From NCBI GenBank assembly GCA_900128585.1, contig LT642194.1, positions 1 to 36,871 on the forward strand: DNA of 36,871 bases, in the 5' to 3' direction. Below the pieces are notes generated by a model, which searched no databases, was not told where the DNA came from, and was given only the letters and a program-made list of their open reading frames with translations. The translations under genes and the position numbers were made by a program. The number at the start of each line of letters is the position of its first letter. Position 1 is the stretch's first letter. Origin of the DNA: Stramenopiles sp. TOSAG23-3. Its lineage: Eukaryota. Shown piece after piece: positions 11,886-21,267 of the stretch.

Positions 11886-12138
11886 AGAAGAGAAGAAGAA
11901 GTAAGAAGATGAAGAAGGAAGAAACGAAGAAGAAGAAAGAAGAAAAAAAAGAGAAAAAAAAAAAAAGCAAAGAAGAAAAAAGAAAAAAGATTAAAAAAAA
12001 AGAAAAGAAGAAAAGAAGAAAGAAAAGAAGAATAGAAGAAAAGAAGAAAAGAAGAAAAGAAGAAAAGAAGAAAAGAAGAAAAGAAGAAAAGAAGAAAAGA
12101 AGAAAAGAAGAAAGAAGAAGAAAGAAGAAGAAAGAAGA
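11886..12138 (+). repeat. About 250-bp polypurine tract with (GAAGAAAA)n microsatellite
   Basis: Almost exclusively A/G; a regular 8-mer GAAGAAAA array runs from about 12035 to 12110. Confidence 0.9.
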
Positions 12139-12166
12139 CGGCATGAAATATAATAATAATATTGAT

Positions 12167-12215
12167 GATCTATTATTAATATAAAAACAAGAAAATTGGC
12201 TGTTATTTAAGTAAT
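12167..12215 (+). repeat. Copy 1 of a short dispersed element (candidate micro-insertion)
   Basis: ATAAAAACAAGAAAATTGGCTGTTATTTAAGTAAT at 12181-12215; 25/25 identical to 16159-16183. Confidence 0.75.
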
Positions 12216-12411
12216 AATAATTTGATACTGCTGCTGCCTTCACTTCATTTCACACACTTCTGCTGCGCTTTTTTGTCGTGGTTCGTTCTCGTGCTGCCTC
12301 TGCCTCCCTCTCTGCTTTTCTGCTGCTGAAATTTTTTTTGAGGAGGAGGGGGACGGATAGTGGTGATGAATGTGTGACTAAACGTTCGCTCGTTTTGGGT
12401 TTAAATTAATA

Positions 12412-13698
12412 TTACCGATTATCTGCTACGTACTCTTCACCACGCAAGAACATGTCCGCCTCTGTTCTGGACTGAGGCAAGACATGTTTTACCGTTGCAT
12501 TGGCTTCTTCTAAATGCAAGTTCAGGGCAAATGTAAAATTGAAAACGTTACTCAAAAGGGTGGTGCGTTTCTCGGGGTTTACGACGTAGGCTTCTACTTC
12601 AACGTGCACCATCGCTTTCGGGTGGTTGGTGGTATACGTGACGTGCGATACAAACTTGACAAGGTTCCCAATATCCACCGGCCGTTTAAAGGCTACCCTT
12701 TCCAGCTCGAGAAAATGAGGCCGGGAGCCGCCAAAGGTATAACAAGTGTCGAAGGCGGCCTCAAACGCGCGCCGCATAAGCAAGCCGCCAAAAATTTTGT
12801 TGCTCATATTTCGATGCTGTGGGTGCATCATCGATGAATTCTCAGTGCGAGTGCGGAACATCGGCACTAAATCGCCAGGCGCCAGGCCCGGCATGTCCCT
12901 CAGCACTCGGCCTTCCGCCGTCAAACGTTCGATCTTTTCCTTTCGCTCCGACTCTTTTTTCTCGTCGACTGGGAGAGACCGCGTGTACCTTCGCTGTTGG
13001 TCTAGCTCTTCGAATTTGGAGTACAAACTCTTCTCTGCCTCCGTCTGCGGTTCAATTTTATTTATCTTCATGGCTTTGCCTGTGGTCGGGTGACGAGCAA
13101 CAAAGGTAAAATTTGCATCTATTAAATTCGTTCCAGTTTTTTGGTTCGTAAGCAGCAAATTTATAACCATCGAAGAATTCCCCGTCCACGCAACAGAACC
13201 CACGAGGTCTACGTCTGCGTCCATCGTAATCCTAGACAGCACCCGCATGTTGTCGACGCTGGCGGTCACCAAGTTCGGGAAAAACGTGTTGGGGTTATCA
13301 TCTTTGCAATGGTGAAACGCCACGTTCCCTGCCAGAGCATCCAAATCTTCGAGCACTCTTCCCTTGCGAATGTACCCCCATGCATTCTTGTACTGGTCGG
13401 CGGTGTTCGGGTCGCTTTTAAACGCATACTGAACGGTGACTCTGCTTTCACTTGGCGCTTTGCTTATGGGTTCTGGCGTTGAGAGTTCAGCGTCGTTCCC
13501 CTTTTCCTCTTCGAGCAGCTTTGCCTCGGAACGTGTTTTCCAGAGAAGTGCGGTTATCGGGGAGTGGTGCTCCCCAGCGAACGCGCCGTCGTCGTCGGAA
13601 CACGCTGGCATGGTCAGGCTGGAAAACGAAGAAACATTTCCAAAGGCCCTGCCACCAACAACGAACGTGCGAGACGCCAAAATCCGTGCAGGAAACAT
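12412..13698 (-). CDS. ACOT9: Mitochondrial acyl-CoA thioesterase 9-like (double hotdog fold)
   Basis: YKNAWGYIRKGRVLEDLDALAG, LVTASVD, VAWTGNSSM, HPQHRNMSNKIFGGLLMRRAFE, FKRPVDIG; Arg/Ser-rich transit-peptide-like N-terminus. Confidence 0.9.
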   Translation of the reverse strand: MFPARILASRTFVVGGRAFGNVSSFSSLTMPACSDDDGAFAGEHHSPITALLWKTRSEAKLLEEEKGNDAELSTPEPISKAPSESRVTVQYAFKSDPNTADQYKNAWGYIRKGRVLEDLDALAGNVAFHHCKDDNPNTFFPNLVTASVDNMRVLSRITMDADVDLVGSVAWTGNSSMVINLLLTNQKTGTNLIDANFTFVARHPTTGKAMKINKIEPQTEAEKSLYSKFEELDQQRRYTRSLPVDEKKESERKEKIERLTAEGRVLRDMPGLAPGDLVPMFRTRTENSSMMHPQHRNMSNKIFGGLLMRRAFEAAFDTCYTFGGSRPHFLELERVAFKRPVDIGNLVKFVSHVTYTTNHPKAMVHVEVEAYVVNPEKRTTLLSNVFNFTFALNLHLEEANATVKHVLPQSRTEADMFLRGEEYVADNR

Positions 13699-14502
13699 AC
13701 GTATGCAAACACACTCACGGTGCCACTCTGTATTTAAAGTAGAAAGGAAAATGTATATACGTGTGTATGTATCTATCGGAATCCTTGCTTTAACTTTGTA
13801 TTTTCCATTTTAATGAAATAATAAAATTGCAAACTTTCTTTACGGATGACAACAAAAACAATAATAGACGACTAAGGAAAATATTGATATTGAAGAAGAA
13901 GGATTTTTTTGTTGAAGGAGGAGGGGGAAAAAAAAAAGAAGTATTAATAAGAGGATGATGATGATGATTTTTTCTTCTTCTTTTTTTCAGCAGCAAAAGA
14001 ATGAAGAAGAAGATGATTTATTTTTCTAAATATTAATATCAATATCCATCTTCTCTCTCCTCTCTCATTATTCATTTCTTTTTTAAATTATTATTTTTTC
14101 AAAAAAACAACAACAACAACAACAACATCATATTAATTATTTATAAACGACGAATAACAAGGACAACAACAACAAAAAAATCATCTCAAAGAAGAAGAAG
14201 TCGTTCTTCTTCTTCTCTAATAATTAATAATATATATTATATCATCATCTAATAACTATATCATATTAATAGACGACTATCATCATTTTCAACAATTTCA
14301 TCATAATCCATTTCTATCCCACATCCGTCAAATGAAAAAGAAACAAGAAATAGAAACAATCGAGATGAAAAAGAAAGAGAGAACATGACAAGTAAGCAGT
14401 TTTGAAGTTTAATACGAATCGGTGAATATCGTTCGACGTGGATTGTAGAATATAACCAACTGTTGGAGTTGCGTTACCGCAAGCAAGTTCAAGGTCCGGG
14501 GT

Positions 14503-15972
14503 ATGGTCGATACTGGAATGGAAGGCCTCCCTTTAATGATGGTTGCCTTGGCGCAGGCGAAAACGGCCGAGGAAAGAACACAAATATTGAATAGCTTTGA
14601 CAAGGCGGCGTTAGAGGGATCTCCGCCCGTGCCTCAGAACACAATGTATACGAAAGAAAAGATGACTAGTAGTTTGGCCAAGGTTCTGGAAAATAATACA
14701 GAGGAAGGTTGGAAAGCGTACCTGAAAACGGTCACCCTCGAAGTCCTGGAAGCCACTCCGAGCTTCGAAGCCTGCCTTGAGGAGACCTTTCACACTGAAA
14801 CGAACCAAACGCGGGTGTACTCTGCTATGTGCAGTATGTTTGATCGTGTGAAGGGTCTGGAAAATAAGGAGAAGGTACCTTTGAAGGTGAAAGATACCGT
14901 GGCGTTGTGGACGCCCATTTGTAAGGGCAGCCCTGTCCTATCGCAGTTTTTGAACTCTGCAGTTTCACGCTTTTTGGACGGCAAGGCCGACGACGCCCTG
15001 GCGGCAGTCACCTCCTTCGAAGGTGCCGACGTAAATTCTGTGTGTTCTGCCTTAGCCTCGTGCATAGATTTGCGTAATTTTTGGGTGCTTCGGGACAGTC
15101 ATGACCCTAGCGTTGCACGCGTTTTGACCTCTGCCATCGCTAGCTTTGAACAGAGATTGGCCGACGCTATGGTCGAACACCACAGACGTGCCATTCTCTC
15201 CACTTTGTGTGTGGAAAATTGGGAAAGTTTTCGTCCCAACCGGTACAAATTTCAACGGTGTACCCCAACAGTTTCTATGTGGGTCGTGAATATGGTGGGA
15301 ATGGTTGGCGACGAAGACGGTCTGCTGTGTTTGTCTGACGAAAAGGTGAGGGTGTCTGTATTGGCGAAAGTTTTTCTCGCTACGTTTGAAACGATCACCA
15401 ACTTTTACTGTCGCCTGCCCCAACACTTGTCGCGAGGACGATGGACGCAGCTTCGTGTGGACGTACTGACCCTTGTGTGCGCTTCCATGGCATTTTTGAA
15501 GAGCAAGCGTTTGAACCTGTTCCAATTGGACGGCTTTTCCAGGGCATTAGACGGCCATTGCACAACTCTGTTGGGGCTGCTTGCACTTCTTGACGCTCCT
15601 GTCGATGCCGTCATTGGTTCCCTGTCGAGCATGGCAAGTGACCAGGGTGCGTGTTACAAATACCCCTCCGCCGGTGTGAAATCTTTGTGCGAATTTTTGG
15701 GGGTGGAAGAAATCGTGGCTGCGAAGGCTCCGTTAAGGTTTATGTCGGTCTCGAGTAGTTTCTGCAGCCTGTGTGGTATAGAAGGTTTTTGCACCGTTGA
15801 GATTGGAACGGGGCTGTGGAAAGCTTTGTTGGAAGAGCTTCCTTTCAGCAAGAAGGAATGTTTATCGATCGTTTCGATGCGTCATGAACTTGGTAGCTTT
15901 GATTATCCGCCGCTTGCAGAAGGGCAGGAGTCTGATAAGGCAAAATTGAGGGACTTTTTAGGCGTTGGTTAA
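14503..15972 (+). CDS. KIAA0825/DUF4495-like helical protein
   Basis: ENWESFRPNRYKFQRCTPTVSMW and SRGRWTQLRVDV resemble recalled DUF4495 motifs; 489-aa open frame. Confidence 0.55.
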   Translation: MVDTGMEGLPLMMVALAQAKTAEERTQILNSFDKAALEGSPPVPQNTMYTKEKMTSSLAKVLENNTEEGWKAYLKTVTLEVLEATPSFEACLEETFHTETNQTRVYSAMCSMFDRVKGLENKEKVPLKVKDTVALWTPICKGSPVLSQFLNSAVSRFLDGKADDALAAVTSFEGADVNSVCSALASCIDLRNFWVLRDSHDPSVARVLTSAIASFEQRLADAMVEHHRRAILSTLCVENWESFRPNRYKFQRCTPTVSMWVVNMVGMVGDEDGLLCLSDEKVRVSVLAKVFLATFETITNFYCRLPQHLSRGRWTQLRVDVLTLVCASMAFLKSKRLNLFQLDGFSRALDGHCTTLLGLLALLDAPVDAVIGSLSSMASDQGACYKYPSAGVKSLCEFLGVEEIVAAKAPLRFMSVSSSFCSLCGIEGFCTVEIGTGLWKALLEELPFSKKECLSIVSMRHELGSFDYPPLAEGQESDKAKLRDFLGVG

Positions 15973-16157
15973 GTGGGTGGGCGAAGGGAGATGCAAGAGT
16001 AAACCTGAGGGAGTAGAGGAGGGGTGGACTACGCACAGTCATTTTTGTAGTCTGAATTTAATATCTTAGTAAACTTATTCACGAAAGTAAATTACTTTTG
16101 TCAGTAAAAGCGTGTAAAGTTAGAGAGTTAGTAAAAGAGATTTAATTTCTTTTAACT

Positions 16158-16185
16158 GGAAAATTGGCTGTTATTTAAGTAATTA
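16158..16185 (+). repeat. Copy 2 of the short dispersed element, flanked by an 11-bp direct repeat
   Basis: TTCTTTTAACT (16147-16157) [GGAAAATTGGCTGTTATTTAAGTAATTA] TTCTTTTAACT (16186-16196). Confidence 0.8.
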
Positions 16186-16263
16186 TTCTTTTAACTTAAA
16201 AGAATTAAGAAAATATAATTTGTTTTAATGTTTAAATTTACTAAAGCTTTTATTATATAAACT

Positions 16264-16313
16264 TAAAACATACTATATATTTTGTTTTTAAAACATACTA
16301 TATAATTTGTTTT
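16264..16313 (+). repeat. 25-bp tandem duplication
   Basis: TAAAACATACTATATATTTTGTTTT / TAAAACATACTATATAATTTGTTTT, one mismatch. Confidence 0.85.
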
Positions 16314-16440
16314 ACATATATTTTGTTTTTTTTTATATCATATAAATTAACAGCTTTAAAAGTATGAGCTAAGAAGTACCAGGTTCTAAAGATCTGTACC
16401 CTTTCCTGGCCTTTGAACCTGTCACGTCCATAAAAACTTT

Positions 16441-18672
16441 TTAGTGGTGGGCGAAATCCTCGGAATGTTTCTCGATCAACTCTCGAAACTCTTCCACGGA
16501 TATGGAGCCGGACTGGTCCTCGTCCAACTCTCTTGCGATTATTGCTATGTCGTCAACGCTCAAGTCGTTCCCACCAAAGTCTTGCATTTTGGAGATGAAC
16601 TCTTCCACCGAAATTGAACCAGACCCGTCGCTGTCGAAAATTGCAAACAAGTTCTCACACAGCTCGTCTATCGTCGGCTCGCTGCCGTCGTTTTGAGCGA
16701 TGATCCACTGGATGAACTCTTCCTTCGACACCGTTCCGTCGCCGTCCAAATCTAAAATTTGCATCATGTTCTCAACATCCTCTTTGCCACAGGTTTGACC
16801 TATCGACTGCATTAACAGTTTCATTTCGACCGGATCGATGCTGCCGGAGTTATCGGCGTCTACGACTGCCCACGCCTGCTCTGCATCGGCCAACTGTCGT
16901 TTGAGCGCCGCAGACTGGCCTGGCGTCGAATTAAACTGTGCGTTTCGCTGCAACACCGACGGGCGGCGGGCGTCCTGCGACGATTTCTTCCGTTTATTTT
17001 TCTCTTTCATGTTTAGCTTCCGCGCGTTGGACAGCACTTTCATTATTCTCAACGCCTTCTCTGTGCGCTGCCTTCGTAGAACGTTCTTTAACGTGTCCTT
17101 GTGGTGGTGCCTGAACGACCCGATGCTGCAGCTCTCTACGTGCAGCCGCACAATGAGTGGTACCTTCATCAGAAACACGACTGGTGGAGCATACGCGACG
17201 GACAGTTCTACAATTACCCCTAGGATTCCAAAAACCCCCAACTCGTTGGTCTCCTCCCATAGGCGCTGGGCGTACAGCATGGTGAAGACCGCCAAGTAAA
17301 TGCTCATTCCGAGCATCAGCTGGCGAAGCAGAAACACGTGGAAGTCCGTTCCCTTCTGCCTGAACCAAAAGAGCATTTCGTGGCGACTGGGCAGGCTGTG
17401 GTTCCCCACCCAGAAAGCGACGAACCAATTGTTAGGCCGTGGGGTGCTCGTTTCGTACTGCGGCTGGCGAGTCCCAGGGCTGTCCCAGCCCGCCCCTTCC
17501 TCTAATAAATGCGTGTCTTCAGAGTCGGCGTCAACGGCCTTTCCTTCTTCAACGTCCTCGGCGACGGCACATTGTTCGCATATAGAACTCAATTTCCCCT
17601 CCAAGAGGTGCGAGAAGAGCACCAACGTCCATGCAAAAACGATCCAAATCCACGTCAAGGCGTCCATGTTGCCTTCAACAGCCTCGATAATGCAGTACCA
17701 AACGATTAGGATAAACTCTAGGAAGAGCCAGCTAGAGACGGGGACTTCCGTGATTTCCGCGACCTCCACTCCTAAAACCTCGTACAAGTACAATGCGAAG
17801 GGGAAATCGTAGTTCAGCGCCTGGGCGGGCTTGTCGGGGTTGGCAACAAACACGCTCCGAATAGAACTGAACACCATCTGCGACTTTGGTATGAGTGCGC
17901 CGTGGTGATGGTACGAATGCCGCACTTTGTCAAAGCTAGACATGCAGGTGTCGTCCCAATACTTCCACTGCTTAAACGTTCGGATAGAAATTTTAAGGTT
18001 CGCCAAGCCGAGCATGATAAACAAAATCATAACGAGAAACAGAGTCATGTGGATGGTTTCGAATAATTCTTGCAGCTTAGCTTTTTTTTCGTTCACGCAA
18101 AGAAGCGGCCTTTCCTCGTGTTTGCACACGTGCCAGCACGAGTTTCCGTCGCAAAATAGATGGATCGACAGCGTCTGCAAGAGGTTGGTCTTCGACACTA
18201 GGAACGTTATCAATCCCAGAAACCCCAGAACTGTCAGCTCCGAAAACAGGGAAGTCACAATTGGTCGAAGACTCCTCGAAGCGTGTTCGACAACAACTTC
18301 TTTTCCCTTTTCGAAAAGTATAGTCACTGCTGCCAGAAACGACAGGCTCAGAAATGCCGCAGACGCGACGGCGTTCCACTCTCCCCCCTCTTCTTCGCCG
18401 CCTGCATTTGGGGCGTGGGCACTTCTGTGCCGCCTGTAATCCCTGTTGTTTTTTGAGTGATGCTTCCACCGGTGAAGCGTGTAGTTTCTGCGCAAGACAG
18501 GGCTTGGCTTTGACGCAGCCGGCAACGCTTTGGATGCAGCAGTGGCCGATACTTTCCGCGCAGCCTTCGACCGTTCCAATGCACTTGGCAATGAAATATT
18601 TTTTGCACTAGTGCCAGACACTTGAAATGCGAAGAAGATAGCAATTGCCACAACGACAAAAAGCTTCGTCAT
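16441..18672 (-). CDS. MLO-like 7TM protein with a C-terminal calmodulin-like (4 EF-hand) domain
   Basis: MLO motifs ELTVLGFLGL, IHMTLF, WKYWD, FPFALYL, LFWF; EF-hand loops DADNSGSIDPVE, DLDGDGTVSKEE, DSDGSGSISVEE, DEDQSGSISVEE; hydrophobic N-terminal signal peptide. Confidence 0.85.
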   Translation of the reverse strand: MTKLFVVVAIAIFFAFQVSGTSAKNISLPSALERSKAARKVSATAASKALPAASKPSPVLRRNYTLHRWKHHSKNNRDYRRHRSAHAPNAGGEEEGGEWNAVASAAFLSLSFLAAVTILFEKGKEVVVEHASRSLRPIVTSLFSELTVLGFLGLITFLVSKTNLLQTLSIHLFCDGNSCWHVCKHEERPLLCVNEKKAKLQELFETIHMTLFLVMILFIMLGLANLKISIRTFKQWKYWDDTCMSSFDKVRHSYHHHGALIPKSQMVFSSIRSVFVANPDKPAQALNYDFPFALYLYEVLGVEVAEITEVPVSSWLFLEFILIVWYCIIEAVEGNMDALTWIWIVFAWTLVLFSHLLEGKLSSICEQCAVAEDVEEGKAVDADSEDTHLLEEGAGWDSPGTRQPQYETSTPRPNNWFVAFWVGNHSLPSRHEMLFWFRQKGTDFHVFLLRQLMLGMSIYLAVFTMLYAQRLWEETNELGVFGILGVIVELSVAYAPPVVFLMKVPLIVRLHVESCSIGSFRHHHKDTLKNVLRRQRTEKALRIMKVLSNARKLNMKEKNKRKKSSQDARRPSVLQRNAQFNSTPGQSAALKRQLADAEQAWAVVDADNSGSIDPVEMKLLMQSIGQTCGKEDVENMMQILDLDGDGTVSKEEFIQWIIAQNDGSEPTIDELCENLFAIFDSDGSGSISVEEFISKMQDFGGNDLSVDDIAIIARELDEDQSGSISVEEFRELIEKHSEDFAHH

Positions 18673-19485
18673 GATCCCTCAGTGCTCGCGTTACACCCAG
18701 TCAAGTCCTTCCCTTCGATATACTTCCGCTTTAATTGCTTCGTTCGAGAAACGTTAGTATTGAGGTCCCACGTTCTGTATCCTTCACACCGATCCTTTCC
18801 ATACAAGACGTGTTTATTGTGACGTAACAATCTAGATCATTTTTTTTCCTCTTGAATAAATATACAATTATTCAATTTGCAATATGTGACATATTGACGG
18901 CATGATTAGTCTATACTTGGTTTTTAACATGTGGGTATATCATTGTACATTAAACAATTTATTTATTAATAAGAAGTGGAATAGCCCACCTCCTATTATT
19001 ATAAAAATTTAAATAGATAGGAGGGGGAATAGCATCATTATTAATAATTAGCTTTTTTTTTTTTGTATCTTTTTTTTTCTTCTTTTCTTCTATTAATATT
19101 ATTATTTTTTATTATAATAATACTTCTCAGCGTTTACCGCCACGGATTTTTTTTATTTTTTTTATTTTTGCATTTTTTTTTTCGATCGAAAAGTAGATAA
19201 ATATTACATAATCACAACATTACAATACATTGAATAACGTTGGAATAACTAGATGATTATTATACTATTTTTTATCCTCTTCTTCTTCTTCTATTTTGGA
19301 TAAAAAAAGTTTTACTTCTTTTGGTCCTTTTTTACATTTTAATAGCAGACGACTTATGTTGTGTGAATTATTCGGTATATGAGTTTGCCTTTTGTTCTGC
19401 CCAATTACTACTTAGTACTACCTCGTACCGTACCATGCCCCCACTTTCTTCTGAGATTTCTCACGTGGAAAGTGGAAATAACATT

Positions 19486-20901
19486 TTACTGCGAGTCGGG
19501 GATCCGCGCTTTGTTGAATTCTGCGGCATCGAATTCCATCACCGCGCGCTCGTGGGTAAACGTCATAAATCCCCATTCCCCTCTGTAATTCCCATACCCA
19601 GATTCGCCAAGGCCCCCGAACGGTAAATTCTCCGCAAGCATGTGCGTAATGCAGTCGTTCACGCAAACGCCCCCGGAGCGTGACGAATTGAGAATTTTCT
19701 GCACCTCGGCGTCGTCTCCGGAGAAAATATACAGGGCAAGCGGGTTAGGCAGCTGCGCTTCCTTCCGGAGCACCTGGTCCAAGTCATCGTACTGGATCAC
19801 TGGGAGGACCGGCCCGAACACCTCCTCCACGAGCAGCATGCACTTGTCGTTGGTCGGGTTGAGAACAATAGTGGGCGGGATGTATAAATCCGTCTCGTCC
19901 GGGGTTTGCCCGCCCATACCCTCCAATAAGTTCCTGCCGCCATGGTCGGCCGGGTCCCGGTACTCCACCAAGCGCTTGTGGTGCCTACTATTGATGATTC
20001 GGGAGTAGTGCTTGCTCTTCTGCGGGTCCTCTCCAAAATACTTCACTACCGCCTCCCTCACCAGCCGGGTGAACTCATCTATGTCAATCCGCGAGTCCAA
20101 ATAGACGTGATCTGGGCTCACACAAAACTGTCCCACGTTTTTAAACTTGCTGTCGACCAGCTTCAGGACCGCGGTTTCCAGGTTGGCATTTTTCGTAAAG
20201 TACACAGGGTTCTTGCCGCCCAGTTCCATGCAGACAGGGGAGAGCTGGTCGGCCGCGGTTTTGCAAATTGCACGCCCGGCCGCCGCGCCGCCCGTGAAGA
20301 AGACCATGCCCCAGTGCGATTTCAGCAGCTCATGGACGAGGTCGCGCTTCCCAAGGGCAATTTTGACGTACTTTCTGCATATCGGGTCTTTCTCGAGGTA
20401 CTCCTCCCCGAGGACTTTGACCATTACGGCCGACGTTGCCTTGCACTGGTCGTTGCACTTGAGAAACGCGGGGCACCCGGCTGCGATTGCCGTAACGATC
20501 GGTTTGATGTGCAGCGGGAGCGGGAAATTCCACGTTCCTATCACTAGCGCCATTCCCCGGGGCTCCCGTCGCACCAAAGAGCGCCGGGAGGTGGACCCGG
20601 GGCCCACCGGTGGCGTCCAGCTCTCCTGGTCTGCGCAAAGGCGGTCCATATTTTCAAGGTAGTACTTGCACGTCCCAATGGTGCCGCCCCGGATCAGGTC
20701 GTGGAACTTGGCGGGCCGCCTCAGGTCGGTGTACTCGGCCTGGCGGAAGTCGTCCGCACGCTCTATCAGACAGGCCTTGATTCGCTCGATAACGTGCTTC
20801 CGGTGCGGAATTGGTATGGTTAGCTGAGGCACGGCTTGAAGCTCCGAGACCATCCCCTTGAGCGTGGGAATAGTTGTAAAGTCCGCGGACAGGGCTGACA
20901 T
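19486..20901 (-). CDS. Aldehyde dehydrogenase, class 3 (fatty/aromatic aldehyde)
   Basis: WNFP, FFTGG, ELGGKNP, GQFCVSPD (catalytic Cys), EEVFGP, PLALYIFS, LPFGGLGESGYG. Confidence 0.93.
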   Translation of the reverse strand: MSALSADFTTIPTLKGMVSELQAVPQLTIPIPHRKHVIERIKACLIERADDFRQAEYTDLRRPAKFHDLIRGGTIGTCKYYLENMDRLCADQESWTPPVGPGSTSRRSLVRREPRGMALVIGTWNFPLPLHIKPIVTAIAAGCPAFLKCNDQCKATSAVMVKVLGEEYLEKDPICRKYVKIALGKRDLVHELLKSHWGMVFFTGGAAAGRAICKTAADQLSPVCMELGGKNPVYFTKNANLETAVLKLVDSKFKNVGQFCVSPDHVYLDSRIDIDEFTRLVREAVVKYFGEDPQKSKHYSRIINSRHHKRLVEYRDPADHGGRNLLEGMGGQTPDETDLYIPPTIVLNPTNDKCMLLVEEVFGPVLPVIQYDDLDQVLRKEAQLPNPLALYIFSGDDAEVQKILNSSRSGGVCVNDCITHMLAENLPFGGLGESGYGNYRGEWGFMTFTHERAVMEFDAAEFNKARIPDSQ

Positions 20902-21232
20902 CGTCTTGCGTGTTGGTTCTTGTCGGGGGAGACTGTTGCTTGCTCCTTGTTTTGAGACAATATATATTGTACTGGCTTTTCCTTCAAAACTATTAAAAAT
21001 TAATAGTATAGAATGAAAAACAGAAAAGCGTGCAGAAAAAGGGACACAGTACGAACCATCCCTTAAATTAATTTACATTTGATTCGTTCGGTTATAGTCG
21101 TCTATCATTATCCAATCAATCATAGTTAATCAATGTCAAATTTTGTAAATTGGTAAATAAAAAGTCCTAATAAATAATAATAATAAAAAATAATATATCT
21201 GGTTCTTCTTGCATCTTTCTTTCTTCTTCTTC

Positions 21233-21267
21233 GGTGGGGGGTGGGGGGTGGGGAGGTGGGGTGGGGG
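21233..21267 (+). promoter_or_regulatory. Potential G-quadruplex in the ALDH / 7TM divergent promoter
   Basis: GGTGGGGGGTGGGGGGTGGGGAGGTGGGGTGGGGG: five tracts of 4 or more G with short loops, in AT-rich DNA. Confidence 0.5.

Noticed and set aside
12181-12215. Dispersed element interpreted as a spliced-leader relic or snRNA
   Set aside because: It lies at 3' flanks rather than upstream of start codons, and has no canonical Sm site or conserved downstream stem-loops.
11884-12243. Lys/Glu-rich and Phe/Leu-rich ORFs on both strands
   Set aside because: Translations of the polypurine microsatellite.
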